A stretch of 64,000 nucleotides of DNA from Coleofasciculus chthonoplastes F2-STO-03 (lineage in GTDB: Bacteria > Cyanobacteriota > Cyanobacteriia > Cyanobacteriales > Coleofasciculaceae), in contig JAVJWO010000125.1 in the NCBI GenBank assembly GCA_040222015.1, positions 1-64,000 of the forward strand, written 5' to 3'. This document shows, piece after piece, positions 63,527 to 64,000 of the stretch. The notes beneath the pieces were generated by a model, which saw nothing but the letters and a program-made list of their open reading frames with translations, had not been told where the DNA came from and did no database searches. A program made the translations under genes and the position numbers. How positions within the stretch are numbered: the stretch's first letter is position 1; the number at the start of each line of letters is the position of its first letter.

Positions 63527-64000
63527 AGTATGAACGAACAGCAAAATTATGTAAGATTCCATAGAAGCTGAGGCAACGGTACTAGCTGACCAAGGGGCAA
63601 TAAACCCTGACACCATGAACCCCGGGGAAAACTTCCCCAGCTTTTCGGTTGCTTCACTACTACTGAAGGTGATGTGTACAAGCCTTTCCCCAACTCAGTT
63701 GGATGAAGCTTGACAGGTTTCCTACCGGAAAGCTCCTGTTTATGTAAAATAGAGGACGACACTTAGTTAAACTACCAAGCCGTCATCCAAAACCTTGAGG
63801 CTATCTCTGCCTACCTAACGGCACCTTAACCTAAAGGTAAGGAAGCTAGTTGTCCCTACCATCTCGGAGTCAATCGGTCGATTAATCTTTTGAAATCCTT
63901 AATATTTAGCTTAACATAAGAGTTCCAGCAATTTCTAGGAATTTTCTTATCAACTTAATAAGTCGATACAATTCCAGGGAGTCCCCTCAGTCAGGTTATT

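Overview
Cyanobacterial chromosomal DNA, probably from a filamentous Coleofasciculus-like genome. This is inferred from abundant HIP1 GCGATCGC sites, STRR heptamer arrays, GTAG-type REP palindromes and the ndhH, rbp-rpsU and minCDE genes. Housekeeping genes (relA/spoT, glmU, pyrD, a Zn/Mn ABC transporter, rsmH, ndhH, panE, rbp, rpsU, minCDE) alternate with accessory genes (TPS-CHAT exoprotein, GAF and PAS-GGDEF-EAL sensors, two NACHT proteins, LRR-Roc-COR-TIR, VIT-VWA). Hidden structure found by reading the sequence: (1) a small GIY-YIG nuclease gene bracketed by its own family of TGTCA-ended palindromic repeats, possibly a REP/RAYT-like module built on a different enzyme; (2) a shredded remnant of a probable type III-B CRISPR-Cas locus (cmr5-like, cmr6-like, Rpn, WYL) after glmU; (3) three miniature IS200/IS605- and IS607-derived elements with resolvable junctions, plus a HEARO/omegaRNA-like stub; (4) several pseudogenes with exact lesions; (5) two candidate structured RNAs. 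No intact CRISPR array, tRNA or rRNA was seen. Family calls come from motif recognition by eye; no database search was run.
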